Shown: positions 26,434 through 42,090 of the stretch, one piece after another
Layout of the letters: each line of letters opens with the position of its first letter
Position numbering within the stretch: the first letter of the stretch is position 1
NCBI GenBank assembly: GCA_951406725.2
Contig: OX597820.1
Span: forward strand, 91,946,001 to 92,010,000
DNA length: 64,000 nucleotides
From: Octopus vulgaris
Lineage: Eukaryota
Direction: 5' to 3'
Position numbers and translations under genes: made by a program
Notes under the pieces: generated by a model
Told to the model about the DNA's origin: nothing
What the model saw: only the letters and a program-made list of their open reading frames with translations
Databases searched by the model: none

Positions 26434-26780
26434 CTCTTCCACGTATAAGCGAGCATATGAGAGCGAGAAACTAAAAGTATAAACGATAGTGTGCATGACT
26501 GAATAGTGTAGACACAATATTGTCGATGTTTAGTTTATTGCAACAGTATCTGCTTTGAGTCCATGTGTAAGACACCATGTTTCGCCCATGCAAAAAGTGG
26601 TTAATCACAAATCAATTAAGATAAAGAAATTTATGATGCAGGTAGTGGACTAAATAAACCATAACTAGTATTTCTGCACTTGAGCGTGAGCTGTTGATGA
26701 ATGTGATATTTACGAGTATACATACGTTCACATATACATACGCACACGTCCGAATGCAGACACGCATATAGGTATAGCTG

Positions 26781-26980
<200 letters not shown>

Positions 26981-27274
26981 TCTGTCTGTCTGTCATTGTA
27001 TCTATCTACCTATATAAATTTATATAAATAAGGATAAGTTCGTGATATAAAATAACGATCTTATCACGTGGCCAGCATGGGAGTAAAAACCTCAAAGGTA
27101 ATGATTGTAATTATAACTATAATTATAATTAAGGATATCTAAGAGATACTAACCATGCTAGATATAGCAGCCAAAACTTGACTCTCCAACCACATTAAAT
27201 ATCTACCTATATATAGTCATTACAGTTATAGGGGGAAATATAATTACAGATATATGGTTTCAAAAAACCCTTAT

Positions 27275-27308
<34 letters not shown>

Positions 27309-27339
27309 GATATATATATAGATACAGATACACACACAC

Positions 27340-27382
<43 letters not shown>

Positions 27383-27934
27383 GAGAGGGAGAGAGAGAAC
27401 AATTATATATTCATATATTCGCATGCATATATAAAGATGTATATTTCTATGGGTCAGAGAGCAAACGAGGGGACGCTTAAAAGTGCAATAAACTACTTCT
27501 TAATCAATACGTGGAGCTTTATTACCTGAATGGAGTTCAAAGTACTTTAGCCCCTTTAAGTATACAAAAATAAAATATATTTTGGATAGTAAGATTTAGA
27601 CGCTTCATAGATTTTAATTAATCTCGTTCGGTTCAAACAAGATGTATGTGTGCTATGAGCTATGTATTTTAGAACAGATTGGGTTGGGAGAACTGGAGAA
27701 AAGAAAGGGATAGAGTGGTAAAGTGGAAAGTATAGAGAATCGATTTCCGCATTAGCCCCATATCGCACGTTCCACTTCCTTGTCTTCCATTTTCACTTCC
27801 CACTCTCCTATTATAGACATACATCAAGTGCCATTTCATATTTCATGTCTTAACGTCGAATCGAAAACGACCTGTTGCATACCTGTATATGTGTTGTATG
27901 TGTATGTATATGCGTATGTATGTGTGTATGTTTG

Positions 27935-27997
<63 letters not shown>

Positions 27998-28025
27998 ATT
28001 CACACATACATAGACATGCATCCTA

Positions 28026-28075
<50 letters not shown>

Positions 28076-28202
28076 TATACGGTAGCCCCTTGTGGGTAAA
28101 AAAGAAACATATATATGCACATATACGTACATACATGCATAGACACACACACCATACACACATATACGCACATATATATCTATACTTTTATTATGTATGT
28201 AA

Positions 28203-28259
<57 letters not shown>

Positions 28260-28488
28260 ATCTTTGATTTCCTACATACTCTGTGAAATTAGAATGAACA
28301 TTTTACAAAACTTATGCTTAAAGATAATTGAAACATCTTCAGGAATAAGCGCATACAAATATACACATTGCAATATACTACATGCGTAAAGCAGAACTAG
28401 TTACGAGCTGTAATTGATGAAAAATGTTATATCATTCATGTTGCATGCTTGTGTATAGGATATGCCTTCCGTTAATGATAATGTCAAA

Positions 28489-28527
<39 letters not shown>

Positions 28528-29788
28528 AAAATTAACACAGCTGCAAAATTAACATAGAACTGTTACTTAGAGTTTCACATTCCCGTTCGGCGGATAGTTG
28601 TAGTGAATACTGAATTTTAGTCATGATCACAATTGTCCAAGAAACGGGAGTTATGTATCACGATGTATATTTGAAAGGAGCTGCTAATTGTTTACTCGAC
28701 TTTCAAGTAATTGACATCTAATCTTTCTCACAATACATTTTTGTTTTCTTTGAGGAAGAAGTACTCGAGAACATACTGAAAAACATAAATTAGGGTTAGT
28801 AACAGCTACGATACCTATAATCAGACGCTCGCTAGAGCTGGCACAGAAGTTAAGCAGCATCAATTACGTAAACCATATTATGTATATGTATAACACGCAT
28901 GTTTGGGCTCTTGCACAAGGAACTTCGTCGCTATTGCATTGTTTATTGTCAGCGATGTTTTGCATGAATAGAATTAAGAGCACACATTTTCTTTCCGCTA
29001 CTTTCGATTATTGGCATACATCATATAAACACATAGGTTTCAATCAGTCGCTAGATCAAATAACCTTTTATGCTACTCGGAATATATATACAAAATATAT
29101 TCTACAATTACGGCTCAATAGTGGTGAATATTAATGTTCCCTCTAACAATTCTCAAATGTGTCATTATACTTGTTTCGCCATTTTGAACGCTTTATCATA
29201 TTTTCAATATTGTTGGAAGTTTCCACTTCGAATCAAACAGATTCAATTTATTTCTTTGCATTCTCCAACTCTTGTTTCTTGGTTAAAATCGTTTGTGCTT
29301 TATGTTACGGAACGGATAGATACAGATTTTGCTGCAGATGAATTTTTAGCACCCATGGCTTATTGCGATTTTCCCTTCGTATATACTGTTTGCTAAATGA
29401 ATATTATTTCTTACACAGTAATAAATTGAGAAGGAAAATTATATATGGAAAACTATTTGTAATATCCGCGTTTGCTCCTGACGTTCAAACAGGTTAAATC
29501 AAATCACAGTGTGTTTTAGAAAAGAAGTAATTTGTTATTATACGGACAGGAGCCTCAGAGCACAGAAAATTTGGTACAAAAATATATAGCGAAAATTGTC
29601 TTGTTCGACATACAGAAGATATTTGATAGTAAAAGAACAGCGAGTACAGATTATCGCTAACTAATTAAGAATAAAATCAGTCAGTAATAATTTCAAAATA
29701 ATTTTTTCTCCGCCTAAAATTGTAAAAACTTTCATTTATATTTTCCTCTTAATCATTATGCTTCACGCATGACAAACACACCGGCACT

Positions 29789-29849
<61 letters not shown>

Positions 29850-30042
29850 GTACATGTATATATATTTATATACTTATATCAATATATAAACGAAAATGTT
29901 TGCAGCCTCGAACTTTAGAAATAACAATCTTTAAACGACGAGGGGTATAATTATTATATTTTGTGGAACACATAATACAAATAGAGCATACAGACATTTA
30001 AAATAATAAATAAAGGTTTTATGGTTTCTGCGAAATATATGC

Positions 30043-30082
<40 letters not shown>

Positions 30083-30194
30083 TTCGTTTATTTACCGTAC
30101 ACTTATATATATACATATTTGTGTGTGCGTGTGTGTGTATACATATATTATCTATCCATCAGTTTATCATGAGTTAAATACGCAAATTACGAGA

Positions 30195-30480
30195 GAAAAA
30201 TAGGACAAGTAATACAAAGTACAACGCTTAATCGGTTGTCGGCTGTCTATCTACTCTCCATTTCGAGCAATCAATATATAGCTATAAACATTTCACTAAA
30301 GCTGCAAAATAATCACAGAACTGTTAGGCAGAGTTCCACGCTTCCCTTCCTCGGACTGTCCGACGAACGGGTACGCGAAATTTTGAGTAAGAGTTTTGCG
30401 ATAATTTTGTAGCTTTAATAAAAAGCATTTTACTCTACCCCGGGTATTCGCATACTATTTTTTCCACCTAGATTTGCTCT
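30195..30480. mobile_element. Decayed composite of PLE-like termini with internal inverted repeat
   Basis: 30297-30326 and 30388-30418 are inverted with about 5 mismatches. HHR-like ACTGT-CCGACGAA...GAAA-TTTTGA-GTA-AGAGT at 30355-30394. The left part resembles 57120-57190. Confidence 0.5.
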
Positions 30481-30557
30481 TATGTGCTCATCTGTGTATG
30501 TATATATATATATACATACATGCACACACACGCGTACACGCACATACACACACACAC

Positions 30558-30620
<63 letters not shown>

Positions 30621-31041
30621 TAAATAGATAGATAGATAGATAGATTGATAGATAGATAGATAGATGATAGACAGAACAGACATTTATTTATTTGTTTATA
30701 TATGACATGTGCGTGTGTATATTTGTGTGTGTACTTGCGTCCATATTTGTAAAACATTTTGGCATGCAAATATGTCAGTTTCACTTATCTCTGCAGATTG
30801 AAAATATGAAATATCTTAATCGACTTGCAGCCCTTAGGCTTGTCTCTTAGAAGTGTGTATGTCACTTGACCAAGCTCAGAGAGTCAAAGAGCAATTTTGT
30901 GCTTATACACTCCAAATCCAAGAGTTTTGCATATGCAAATCCAATTTGCATATCAGTAACGTCTGATACTTTAATATCAGTGGCAGTATACACACACATA
31001 TAGCTACACACGTACATGTATACCTATGTATATACATGCAA

Positions 31042-31081
<40 letters not shown>

Positions 31082-31286
31082 TAGATAGATAGATAGATAG
31101 ATATATATATGTTCACAAACATGCACACTCGGACAGTGGGAAAAGGTGAAAGCTGGATAGATAGATAGACATATGCACACACAAACATTCACCCCACATA
31201 CTTACATACATACATACATACATACATACATGGATACATACATCTATATATATATATATATATATACACATATATATTTATAGATG

Positions 31287-31326
<40 letters not shown>

Positions 31327-32448
31327 TGTATCTCTACATGTTATACATGTATTCATACGTACATTTTATACATGCATACATGTATACGCACATGTACACA
31401 GTAGTATATAACAGATATCTGGTATTCATGAAAGCGAAAGTTGATTAATTCTACTCCGAGTTTGGATGCTACTAAAGTATAAAGATTTCACTATGTACGG
31501 ATACGATGATATTAAATATGTTGAATGAAACTAGCCCCAAGTATTTCAAATTGACTGAAGAGAAACAATATATATTATCAATTATAGATTTTTATGAGGA
31601 TATTTTGTTTTAAGAAGTTATAATTTTGTACGTGAATTGCCGAGTGACGTTGCCACTGTTGAACTTGCACATATACAGTGTATTTTCAACGTATATTTCA
31701 GCACTCATAATTAAATTACTATTAAATAATTTACAGTTACGTAAAGTCTATAGATAACATATTCTAAATTTCAAGAGAAATCATAAAGCTAATTTTGCTA
31801 TTAATTGAATTGAACAAGTATTGCACATCATTTGACGCACCACTTAAAAATGCAAGAATATCGAATATGAAATCAAAAACCAGAAATTCGCACTCTTCTA
31901 TCCAGTACACATTCGTATTTGCATATCAATGTAGACTGGGCGATTTGATTAGAGTATTCGGTAAACATTGTTTTCAATAAAAAGTAGTAGAGCTCTGCAA
32001 CGTTTATGCTTTGTGAACGTTTCAATTTCAAGTTTGCATTAGAAATGAGATGCCCATTAGACACATTTCGTATATACTTCTTAAAAGATTCGTAAGCGGA
32101 TCCGTTATTAAATATCATATGCATACGCACATACATTCCCTCCCCATCGTGCAAACACAAAGAAACACTATTCCATGCTTGTGTGTATGTGTACATTTAT
32201 GTCTGCAAATATGGAGTCGGAGAGTGTATATCTAAAAGCGAATGCGTTTATATATGTGTGAATACACACAGACACATACACACATATGTATGTATTTATA
32301 TGTACGTTATGTATGTGATATATATATATATTATATATAGTATATATCTATGTATATTTATATAAACACATCTATATATGTGCATATATATATAGATATA
32401 TATATATATATATATGCATATATATACACATATACATGCATACGTATG

Positions 32449-32487
<39 letters not shown>

Positions 32488-33745
32488 GCTTATATATATA
32501 CCTGTATATATATGTCCTTATGTATACATATATATGCATATATAAATATATATATATACATGTATTAATGCATATATATATATATATACATACACGCACA
32601 TACACACACACACAAACACATATATATATACACACATACGCACACACGTTTGCGCCCACACACACACACACACACATTCACACACACATATATTAAAACA
32701 TATATGTTTAATTTTTTCTTTATGTGTCCGTTGAGGTATGAGTGTATCTGTAATACGGGGTAAAATTTATCTTGTATTTACAGAATTATATTCCACCAAA
32801 TATGTATTATTCTTGCACCTCTAATATGTATCAGTTGCTATTTTCGAAACATACATTTGTTTTGTATTTAACGTTTTCTCTGTTGAAATCTATACAAGTC
32901 TAATGAGCTGTAAACAAATTGTCTTTTCTTTTCATTATTTTTAGATTTTTCAGACGCTTATAAATTTTACATAACGTTGCTTTGTACCTCATTTTCTAAA
33001 CTTCGATGTTCTTGCTTTATTCTTTTCTTTTATACATCGTTGCTTGTCTTGAGCTTTGTTAAATAACTTTCCATTTTGGCAGCTACAGCATATTATATCT
33101 CTGTATATAATGTATTTTAATTCAAAATCGTTCTTTCTTTATTTATTTATTTATTTCATAAATATCAGTGTAAAATATTTTTAGCATAGTATAATCAGTA
33201 TTTAATTTTTTTTTTTAACTAATTACTGTCACTTTTTTATGTTAAATACATTTCAAAACTGAAATGTTTTAAAAGCTCTCGGTGGCAATGTTCAGCTTTA
33301 CAGGAGACCATGTGTAAAAATGCATTAAATATGATTTTTACATATGTTAATAAAGATAAGGTTAAACTAAATGCTTCTTAAAATATATTCTTTCGGCGTT
33401 AATTATCATTTTTAAGGAAGAGTAATCGTTCTTTAAACAAAACGGGGAATTATCTTATGTAGACAAACCAACAATAAAAAACTAAATCGTTTACGTGGTT
33501 GATACAAAATGTTCCCCGAATTTGGAAACGCATAAATTTGTTTAGCTATATATATATGATCTGTCCTCTATCGTAATGAAAATCACTTTTTTTCCTGGCT
33601 GAATTTTCATTTGTACAGCTAAACTGTGGCTGTTGTCATTGAACAGGCTTTCACTGTTAGCTATTAACAATAATGCACTTTTAACCAGGAGTAAGTGACT
33701 GAAACAGCTACATCATTTATTCAATTAACAAATCATTGTTATTCT

Positions 33746-33794
<49 letters not shown>

Positions 33795-36700
33795 ATTATT
33801 CCAATCACTAACAGCTGTGTTTCCCCAACAATTTAATAACATGTCATTTTGTTTGTTTAAGAATTAAACAATGCTACTTTAAACCATTGCTATATTTTCT
33901 TAAAGGACTATAATATTCAGAGTTGCTCTAAAATCTAAGATTTCGAATGGAAGTCGTTTTTCTAAAGTAATGTTTAATAATTAGATACGGAAATATATTC
34001 AAAAGATTAAGATCTCGAAATTATCGAAATCGTAGATTGAATTTATCAAATATGGATAAGTATTAATGTTGATTTTGCTTAATGCTAATTCTAGTTACAG
34101 AACAGTGTGGTCGATTGAAGCATATTTAACCAACGAGTTCATGACAAGAACAAAATCCATCTGGCCTACAGTCTTAAAACCATAGCACAATTATCCAGGA
34201 CTTTTTGTGATGATTACATAAATCAATTAGACCATCGATTCTATATCAGTGGTAATTCATAAAAATTACAAACGCAATTAGTAGTTTATAATTATTATAA
34301 AATGAATATATAATACCCAATAAATAACAGAAATATAATTATCAGATTATGTTATATTTCAGTGATATATGATTAAGCCCATTGAATTGTAAATAATTTT
34401 CTATAAAACGTCAATATCTAAAAATACAAAATATAAATGATCACTACTGTATATATGTACACTGTATATATATATGTAAAATATCACTACTATATGCCTG
34501 TATATTATATACATGTAGATTTTATACGTGTAGACTGTATACATATATATATATATATTCATTCAAAGTACATGATTTCCCTCTAAACAACACTTACAAC
34601 TCACTTATATGTCTTCGTTTAATTAGTTCAAAAGTTTTAATTATGTGTTTGCATATTGTATATATGTATGTATATATATGTGTGTGTATGTGCGTATATA
34701 TGTATATTTGTATATGTGTATATATGTATGTACATATATACATATATATATATATATATATACATGTATCAGTATGTATGTATTCACAATATGTTCACAC
34801 TTGATACATCAATATCATTAATGATTGCTAATTAGTACAGAAAGCTTGTAACTTTATAAAAGCTGATGTACATTAGGCTGAAGTACTATCATACACATTC
34901 CTACTGAATGTGAAATAAAAGCAGTTTCAATATATATATATATAATTCTGTTAATTATCTCTTACCTGGACTATCTATACAGTACAGTCTAACCTCAAAA
35001 TTCCCAAACATCAGTTGAACGACAGCGACACTTTATTTCTCATTGAAGCATCTTCTAATCTGGCATCGCTGACTAAACATTGAGTTAAATAACAAGAACA
35101 CCATTCATTTAACCAATGGAAGCCACATGATGTAAACGGCTATTGCCCTTACCCTCAGTGTCTCGATCTGAATCTACCAAGAAACAGATATTTAATGATT
35201 AATAGAATTTATGTTCGAAATAACATGATTTTCAAATAATTCTTTTAATTCAAGATATAATTCAAATCAATATTGACTCGCATCAGCATTTCTCTGAAGA
35301 GTCATATTATATATTCCAAATCAAAATATTCTTACCTCCATGCATCTTTGAAGACGGGAAAATATTCCCTATATGCCGAGGTGATCGCTTAAACATTAAT
35401 AGCATTAGATAATATACTACTTTTCATTAACGACTAAAACAATCAAAAACGTTCTGCTCTGTAACAATGCTTTTGATATATGGTAATATCGAAATTACAT
35501 TTTGGTATATTTATTGCTCATTTTCTTTGTGTGTGTGTGTATGTGAGGGTATGTGTGTGTGTGTGTGTGTGTTAATGGCTAATATAAAAATACACAAAAT
35601 GTTATTTCGGAGAATGATTTTTCCCTTTGAACAGTTGTATGCATTGAACGGATCTCTCAATATTCAGACATTTGTTCATCAGTAAAGGTTTGGAGTTTCC
35701 TCAGTTATCTTCCAGACAATTTGCTTTAAGCTTGATATTCATATCAGACAGCTACGTGCCTTTATGTCCGAGGCTTGGTATTTATATCAACGGCTTCATG
35801 TCTCATTGTCCAATATTTCAAATTTATGTTTTAATGCCTTTGTACCATTTTGCCAGACGTTTGATCCGTATATCAAGAAAAATGTATGTTTGAGGGTTAA
35901 CATTTTAGAAACCAATAAAATGTTATCTGTCTTTTATAAAATATCGATTGTATTTATTTGATGTCGGATATGTAAATTAAATACTATCTAAATGCTAAAT
36001 GCTTCATAGTTACATTCCCTGATACTTATTAATATAAGATTTAGAATAATATCTATACCAAAGCAGAAATATAAAAAAAAGTTTAAAATTATTATTCCTA
36101 TCAATGTTTGTCGTCGAAAGCTTTAATATCTACATCTAGCAAATTTTGAAATTTCGTTTCAAGATTTTTTTTTTTCCTAAAATGTTAATACTTTGCAAGT
36201 GATTTTAACTTACCTGAAAATAGTTTGCTTGCTATTTGACAGTTAACGTGAAACACTATGGAACATCTGAAAGACTACTGTGTATATATATATTTTCAAA
36301 ATTCTTGGCGGAGCAGTCTGATAACTGTTTATTTTATACAAAACTTTGCCAAGAATGAATATAAAGAAAACTTTAATAATTCATGCATACTACTGAAGGA
36401 TTTAGTGGGATAATCTTTGAATTCTGAATGTATTAATATTTTTCTTAAGTTTGCATCGTATAAAATACATCTTAAATTATACGAGAAATGATTGATAAAT
36501 TTCAACATCTTTTTTGTGACAGCTTTATTGGGGTTTTTAAATATATCTTGAAATTACGAACATACTGCCATTATTATATCTACAGTGATACGTATTCTAT
36601 TGTTTACTACTCAGAAGACAAAATAAAACAATTCTGAAATAAACTTTTTTTTTTGAAAATGGGAACAAGATTTGAAAAAAAAAAGCTCTATACACAACAA

Positions 36701-38182
36701 AATTTCCCCACTATAATCACAATCTAAAACAAAGAACTGTTGATATTTTTAACGTTGAGGTATAATAAACTGTCCGTTACATCTACTTATTTTAATAACA
36801 ATTTTATACTTGCGAAATTTTATCTTCATTAGCTCTTGAACAAACCAATGATTCTTCTGATATTGGAAATACATTGTTAAAAATATTCTAAGATGGCAAA
36901 TATACAAGGAAAATTACAAAAGATTTTCATAAGTATTTTTAAGTCCGTACGACTAGAATCCTTTATTCTATGACTTTCAAATATTACTGCATGTGGCTTC
37001 CATATGAAACAACTCTTTAATGCATGATCGCATGATCTTTCTTAAACTCCAGTCGAGTGTAACGTCCTGAGCACTCGATCTTATATCTGTTCGAAAGGAG
37101 AAATATTGTACAGTTAATCATATAAATCTAGAGACAGTCTTTATCAAAATAAGCCTTAAATAAAAATTGCTTCAACTGACTGTTTATTGACCAGGAAATT
37201 TTCCCTAAATGTATCATTGTAGTAATTTTCAATGTCATAGTGACACCTAAAATCATCTCAAAGCAAAGTGATGTATAAAAGTCATTTGACAGATACTACA
37301 AGATATTTTACTGGACAGAGTCATTCCTAGAGAAAGCAATCTTCATAACTTATCCAAGGTATATAGCTTCAACTTTTACTCTGTTGGATAACCTACCAGA
37401 ATCAGGTGTGACTGTCAAATTAAGTCTCTTTTTATATTTATGCTTTGTCTGTTATTTTTGTTAATACTTATTCACAAGATTTTGTTTATTATAATTTTGG
37501 TTCTAGTCGCTGATTTTATTCAGCAGGTTTACTAATAATGGAAATAAACAACCTCATACGAAACCATTATTGACTTGGATCTATTTTCCAATGTGAAGTA
37601 GGTAGATGGTGCTATTTTCTTTCATTCCCTCCTCGGTGCCCATACTGGCATTGTTTTATTACCTTTTATTGATGTTCAACGATTGCATATTTTAGCTTTT
37701 TTTTTCTTGAATTATTTATCAGAATAAAGCCTGTTAACATTTCTAACAAAATGCTTTCTTGTCTTTCTTATTTATCTTCATATTTCCAGGTACATGATTT
37801 GCAAATACTGGAATACATTTAGGCATTCAGTACCAAAATATACTTAGGAGACACAGTTTTCAACATTAAGAGACTTTCTTTTCTACCATATGCCTGATAC
37901 GGAACAAATGATATTCGGCTACATTAAGGCTAACTATTATTCTTACGTAATCTCGAATTTTCCTGAAGATATGAACTTTCTAAACTATACAATATGACGA
38001 ATCATGTGTTGAATCAAGTGAAATAGCATCTTCCTAAAGTACTATCAGCTTCACCATAAGGATGTTTTTGTCCAATTGACACCATGACATTATTGCAATG
38101 TAACTCAGGAACACGAACCTGTTTTAAATTTATGTGCAACTTTCAATAATTAACCCCATGCAGAAGTCTTCGTAACATCTCT

Positions 38183-38220
38183 GTATGTTCTTACATACAT
38201 AGATGTATGTAAGAACATAC
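38183..38220. repeat. Perfect 18-bp hairpin within local TATGTTCTTACA repeats
   Basis: GTATGTTCTTACATACAT-AG-ATGTATGTAAGAACATAC. Confidence 0.9.
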
Positions 38221-38839
38221 ATATGTTTATGTTCTTACAGCATCTGTGTAAGTATCATCTGTGTATGTTCTTACATCGTCTTCCTTGCCCATCTTATGAA
38301 TGACTACATAATAGTTGTCCTTATGGATAACTACTATGGATCACTCGGAGTGGGTAGAGTATCCTGACGGTCCGTTTAATATTATGTTCACGGCTTCTCT
38401 GAGAAAACATACTCAGTTACTTATGTCAATTAATAAAATACTAAACTGCGAAATATTAAACAGTCGTAAATTTGTATGACAACGCTAGGAAAACTGATTC
38501 TTTTTATCACACTTCAGAAAGAAAGAAGAAATATATTGACATCCTTGACATCGAAATGTTTTGTTATATTTAAGGTTATCTCAGTTAGCATTCACGTTAT
38601 TGTCTACATACGTTAGGTGTTGGTCAATGACTGAGATGCTGTCCTAATTAAGAATATATCAATTCGCTAATCCACTATGGTGCTAAACTATATATGCTAG
38701 TTTTGGGCGAAAGAAATTAAAGAGCCCCATGAAACTTCCTCGTTTTTTCGCACATTGACAGCATAGAAGAAAGGTATCTATTATGTAAATTTACTTTAGT
38801 TCATATTCACATTTCACTCTACTTCCTATATACTTACAT

Positions 38840-38886
<47 letters not shown>

Positions 38887-39078
38887 TATATCATATATAC
38901 TCCACTGTCATTTGTAAAAGACGAGGTTACTTCTGCTTCATTCAAGTACATCCCTGACGAAAGAATTGCAAAGATATATGACACAACATCATGAAACAAT
39001 TTCTAGTGTATCCTGTAGATTACATTATATTATGCTACACACGCGTGCACTTACACACATATACTTGAGCATACATAC

Positions 39079-39110
<32 letters not shown>

Positions 39111-40575
39111 ATAACGTGTCAAATGTTGGAATAAACTTGGTATCTTTAAATTCTTTCTTTGAAATCTTATAAAACACATTGATTCATTACACTAATTAAT
39201 CAACAAACCGATTCTTTATGCTGATAACTTTAGCGTAATTCTTCCACCACAAGTCGTTCATTTTAATGGCTAAGTCATGCAAATTTTATTCAACCAAATT
39301 TCGTTAATTTAAAATCACGTTTCCTTGGGAAAAAATTAAAAAGTATCTACATGTGTTATTTTTATGCAGCGTTTTGTAAAATGTTCTAAATATGTGCCAT
39401 ATATTATTTGTGTAAATGTTTTCAAGAAAACTAAAACCGCTTAATAAGTGAAATTCTAAAATTTCCATGTACATGAGTTCTATAAATAGATAAAGCTATT
39501 ATGAAACAGAATAAAAAAAAAGGCTACAATGAATCCTCCATGTATAATTTTTAAAGGAGAATTTAATTTAACCACAAATATTGGGAAAAAAACATTAAAT
39601 TATAATGTCAACAAATTTCTACGTGCGCCTTATTATACGTACAGTATCCAACAATATATTAACGACGGTGAGATATGAAACACTCCTTTCCAGATGAAAT
39701 GCAGCTGCGGAAATAAAGACAAAGGGATTTGCTGGAATGAGGTGTTTTTCAGAATAGTATGGAGAAAATTGTAGAGTAAACGGTGAGGGACAGTGTAATA
39801 GTCACTGATGAGAGAGGGGAACAGGCAGGGTTTTGAAAACATAAGCTGAGGATGTGTTTTATGAAAAGAAAAATGCAAATCGCATAAAGATATACATATA
39901 TATGAAACACTTGACAGCACCTACATTAACTAGTGTTGTAATTGCTAATATCCAAAATATAATGAAATAACAACTTTATGATGTTCATATATACAAATGT
40001 TATATTAACTGTACTTCTCATACTAATTTATTGAGAAGTAAATTAGCTAGAGATAGTTAGATGCGACAAAATGTAATGTAAATTCTTGAAATAGTGGAGC
40101 TCGATACATGGTGTTAGTGTTGTTAGAATTTAAACCTCTCGAACAGTGTTTATCATCAGAATGACAAAAATATAAGTCTTTAGAATATCAAATTGCAGAG
40201 AAGAAATTGAAAAACTTGTATGTGTGGTGTCGGGATCTAGATGAGGCGAGATAAAAGAAAGACAAGCAGCCTGTTATGGGATGGTATGAACTGTTACAGG
40301 AACTACACTGTAGAAAGGTGATGAAATTCGTAGCAAATTACAGGTAATTTAAAATGGAATAGGCTGCTGGATTACATGATGTTTTGTAAACAACTTGCAC
40401 ATGCAAATGATACCAGTCGAAAGCTCCGCATGCCGGAAGCTAACAAGTGCATGGAATCATCAAGAGAGAATGCGTGCCGTTTCGGAGCCTACCTCTCGAC
40501 TGAACCATTGGTCACCGGTCCCCCTTCACTGATATGAGCCCCCGCTTGCTAGATCAACTAGTTATCAAATAAAGC

Positions 40576-41305
40576 TCAATATTCTTCTAGCCATCGCTCA
40601 TCGTCTCTTTTTAGCCAAATCCATTGACAAGCCTTCTCCACTGTAGCTTGGATATCAGTCATGGTGTTATTTACATTACGATGAGTGTCCAACAAATTCT
40701 CTACATCCGACTTCGATTGGAAAATGTTCCGCTTTCCAGTCAGCGTCTTCACATTCCTCGAGGAGGTTTACATACCGGTCAGTCTTTCGAGCCCGAGCGG
40801 GGTCCATGAGGAACCGTTAACTCGACGAGATACATCACATTCTTTCTTTGACACCACATTGAAATGTCCGGTTTTTTCGTAACTGGGATGGAAAAGTGTC
40901 CCTGGCACCCTGGTAAATCTGCAGCCACCTCCCAATAGCCGTTCCACTTTTCATCGCTTACAGGAAGTTTCTTCTTCTTGGAACGGATCTGCAGTCCCGA
41001 GTACATGAAGTTAATGGAATCTCTAGTTGGTATTTTCAATGGATTTTTTCCACTGTTAAGATAAATTTGGTTTTTTATAGCATTGAATGTAACCTTCAGG
41101 GCCAGGCTGTGCCTCTATGTGCATCTATTCAATGCTAACGAACAGTTGGAAAGAATATGTTTCTGCATTTCGACCTTTCTGCATTTGCATATATCATTCT
41201 CTGAAACGTTCTATCTTACTAGATTTGTAGGTGATCGCAAGACATCATAGGATGAACGAATCAGAAAACTTACTCAAGATGTAGTCCACCTCCATATCTC
41301 ACTCC
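40576..41305 (-). pseudogene. Hero-clade (R2 group) non-LTR retrotransposon 3' fragment: CCHC knuckle plus restriction-like endonuclease
   Basis: Minus-strand frames give SFLIRSSYDVLRSPTNL, ICKCRKVEMQKHILSNCSLALNR, KPDISMW...YLVELTVP, WKAEHFPIEVGCREFVG and EKACQWIWLKRDDERW*, with stops and frameshifts. Confidence 0.88.
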
Positions 41306-41350
41306 TCAACATGTTCCTCCTATCTCTTAACCACTACACCATATGCTAAC

Positions 41351-41421
41351 GGGTATATGGCGTAGTTGTTAAGAGCGTGGGCTACTAACCCCAGGATTCC
41401 GGTTTCAATTCCTGGCAGTGA

Positions 41422-41425
<4 letters not shown>
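41351..41425 (+). mobile_element. tRNA-derived SINE head (family D) followed by (AAT)n
   Basis: TGGCGTAGTTGTTAAGAGC (A box) ... GGTTTCAATTCC (B box); acceptor stem does not pair. Confidence 0.7.
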
Positions 41426-41476
<51 letters not shown>

Positions 41477-42027
41477 CCTGATGCAGTACCAGGTAGTGGC
41501 TCTCATGGCTTCTGATCTTAACTGATTAGAAGCGTTATCATGTACATTGTTTTGTCTTGGTATAAAAGATGGGCTACAGCAAATATTCTGCTCAATACCA
41601 CAGATTTGCTTGTCAGTTGTTTGACCATAACCAGTTGACCATGTCCCTTAGTGGCTGATGATATGTGCATCTCTGATCATGAGCAGAAGTAGTGGGGGAG
41701 CAATATAGCCATGTGTTGAGAGGGATTCTTTGGGGTTTGAATAATTCACCTTCAAAAACATGGCTGGCTCGTTCAACATCCTTAAACAATCCTTATTCAG
41801 TGACCTTTTGAGCAGGATGGGTTACTCGACCTGAAGAAATTCTAAGTGGGCCCCACCTGCAAGGTCATGTGCTATTTATCTTGATATAAGATCACCATGT
41901 CACGCACATATGATTGTGATGCATGTGCCTGGTGTACCCTTATCAGACGGGTAGTCATGATGGGTATACTGGGCTTCGTATATTTTACTCCAGTGTCACT
42001 TTGATTGCATGCACTGCTCTCTCACTC
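41477..42027 (+). mobile_element. 550-bp insert in (AAT)n, probably the 3' UTR of a Dong/R4-type LINE
   Basis: Sharp boundaries with (AAT)n on both sides and no ORF. Dong/R4 elements are known to target TAA repeats; the family assignment is inference. Confidence 0.45.
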
Positions 42028-42090
42028 AATAATAATAATAATAATAATAATGATGATGATGATGATAATAATGATAATGATAATAATAAT

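Noticed and set aside
37750-37950. Plus-strand splice acceptor (pyrimidine tract plus CAG at 37789)
   Set aside because: All three frames close quickly and there is no convincing partner donor.
41351-41425. tRNA gene
   Set aside because: A/B boxes present but the acceptor stem does not pair and it runs into (AAT)n; better explained as a SINE head.
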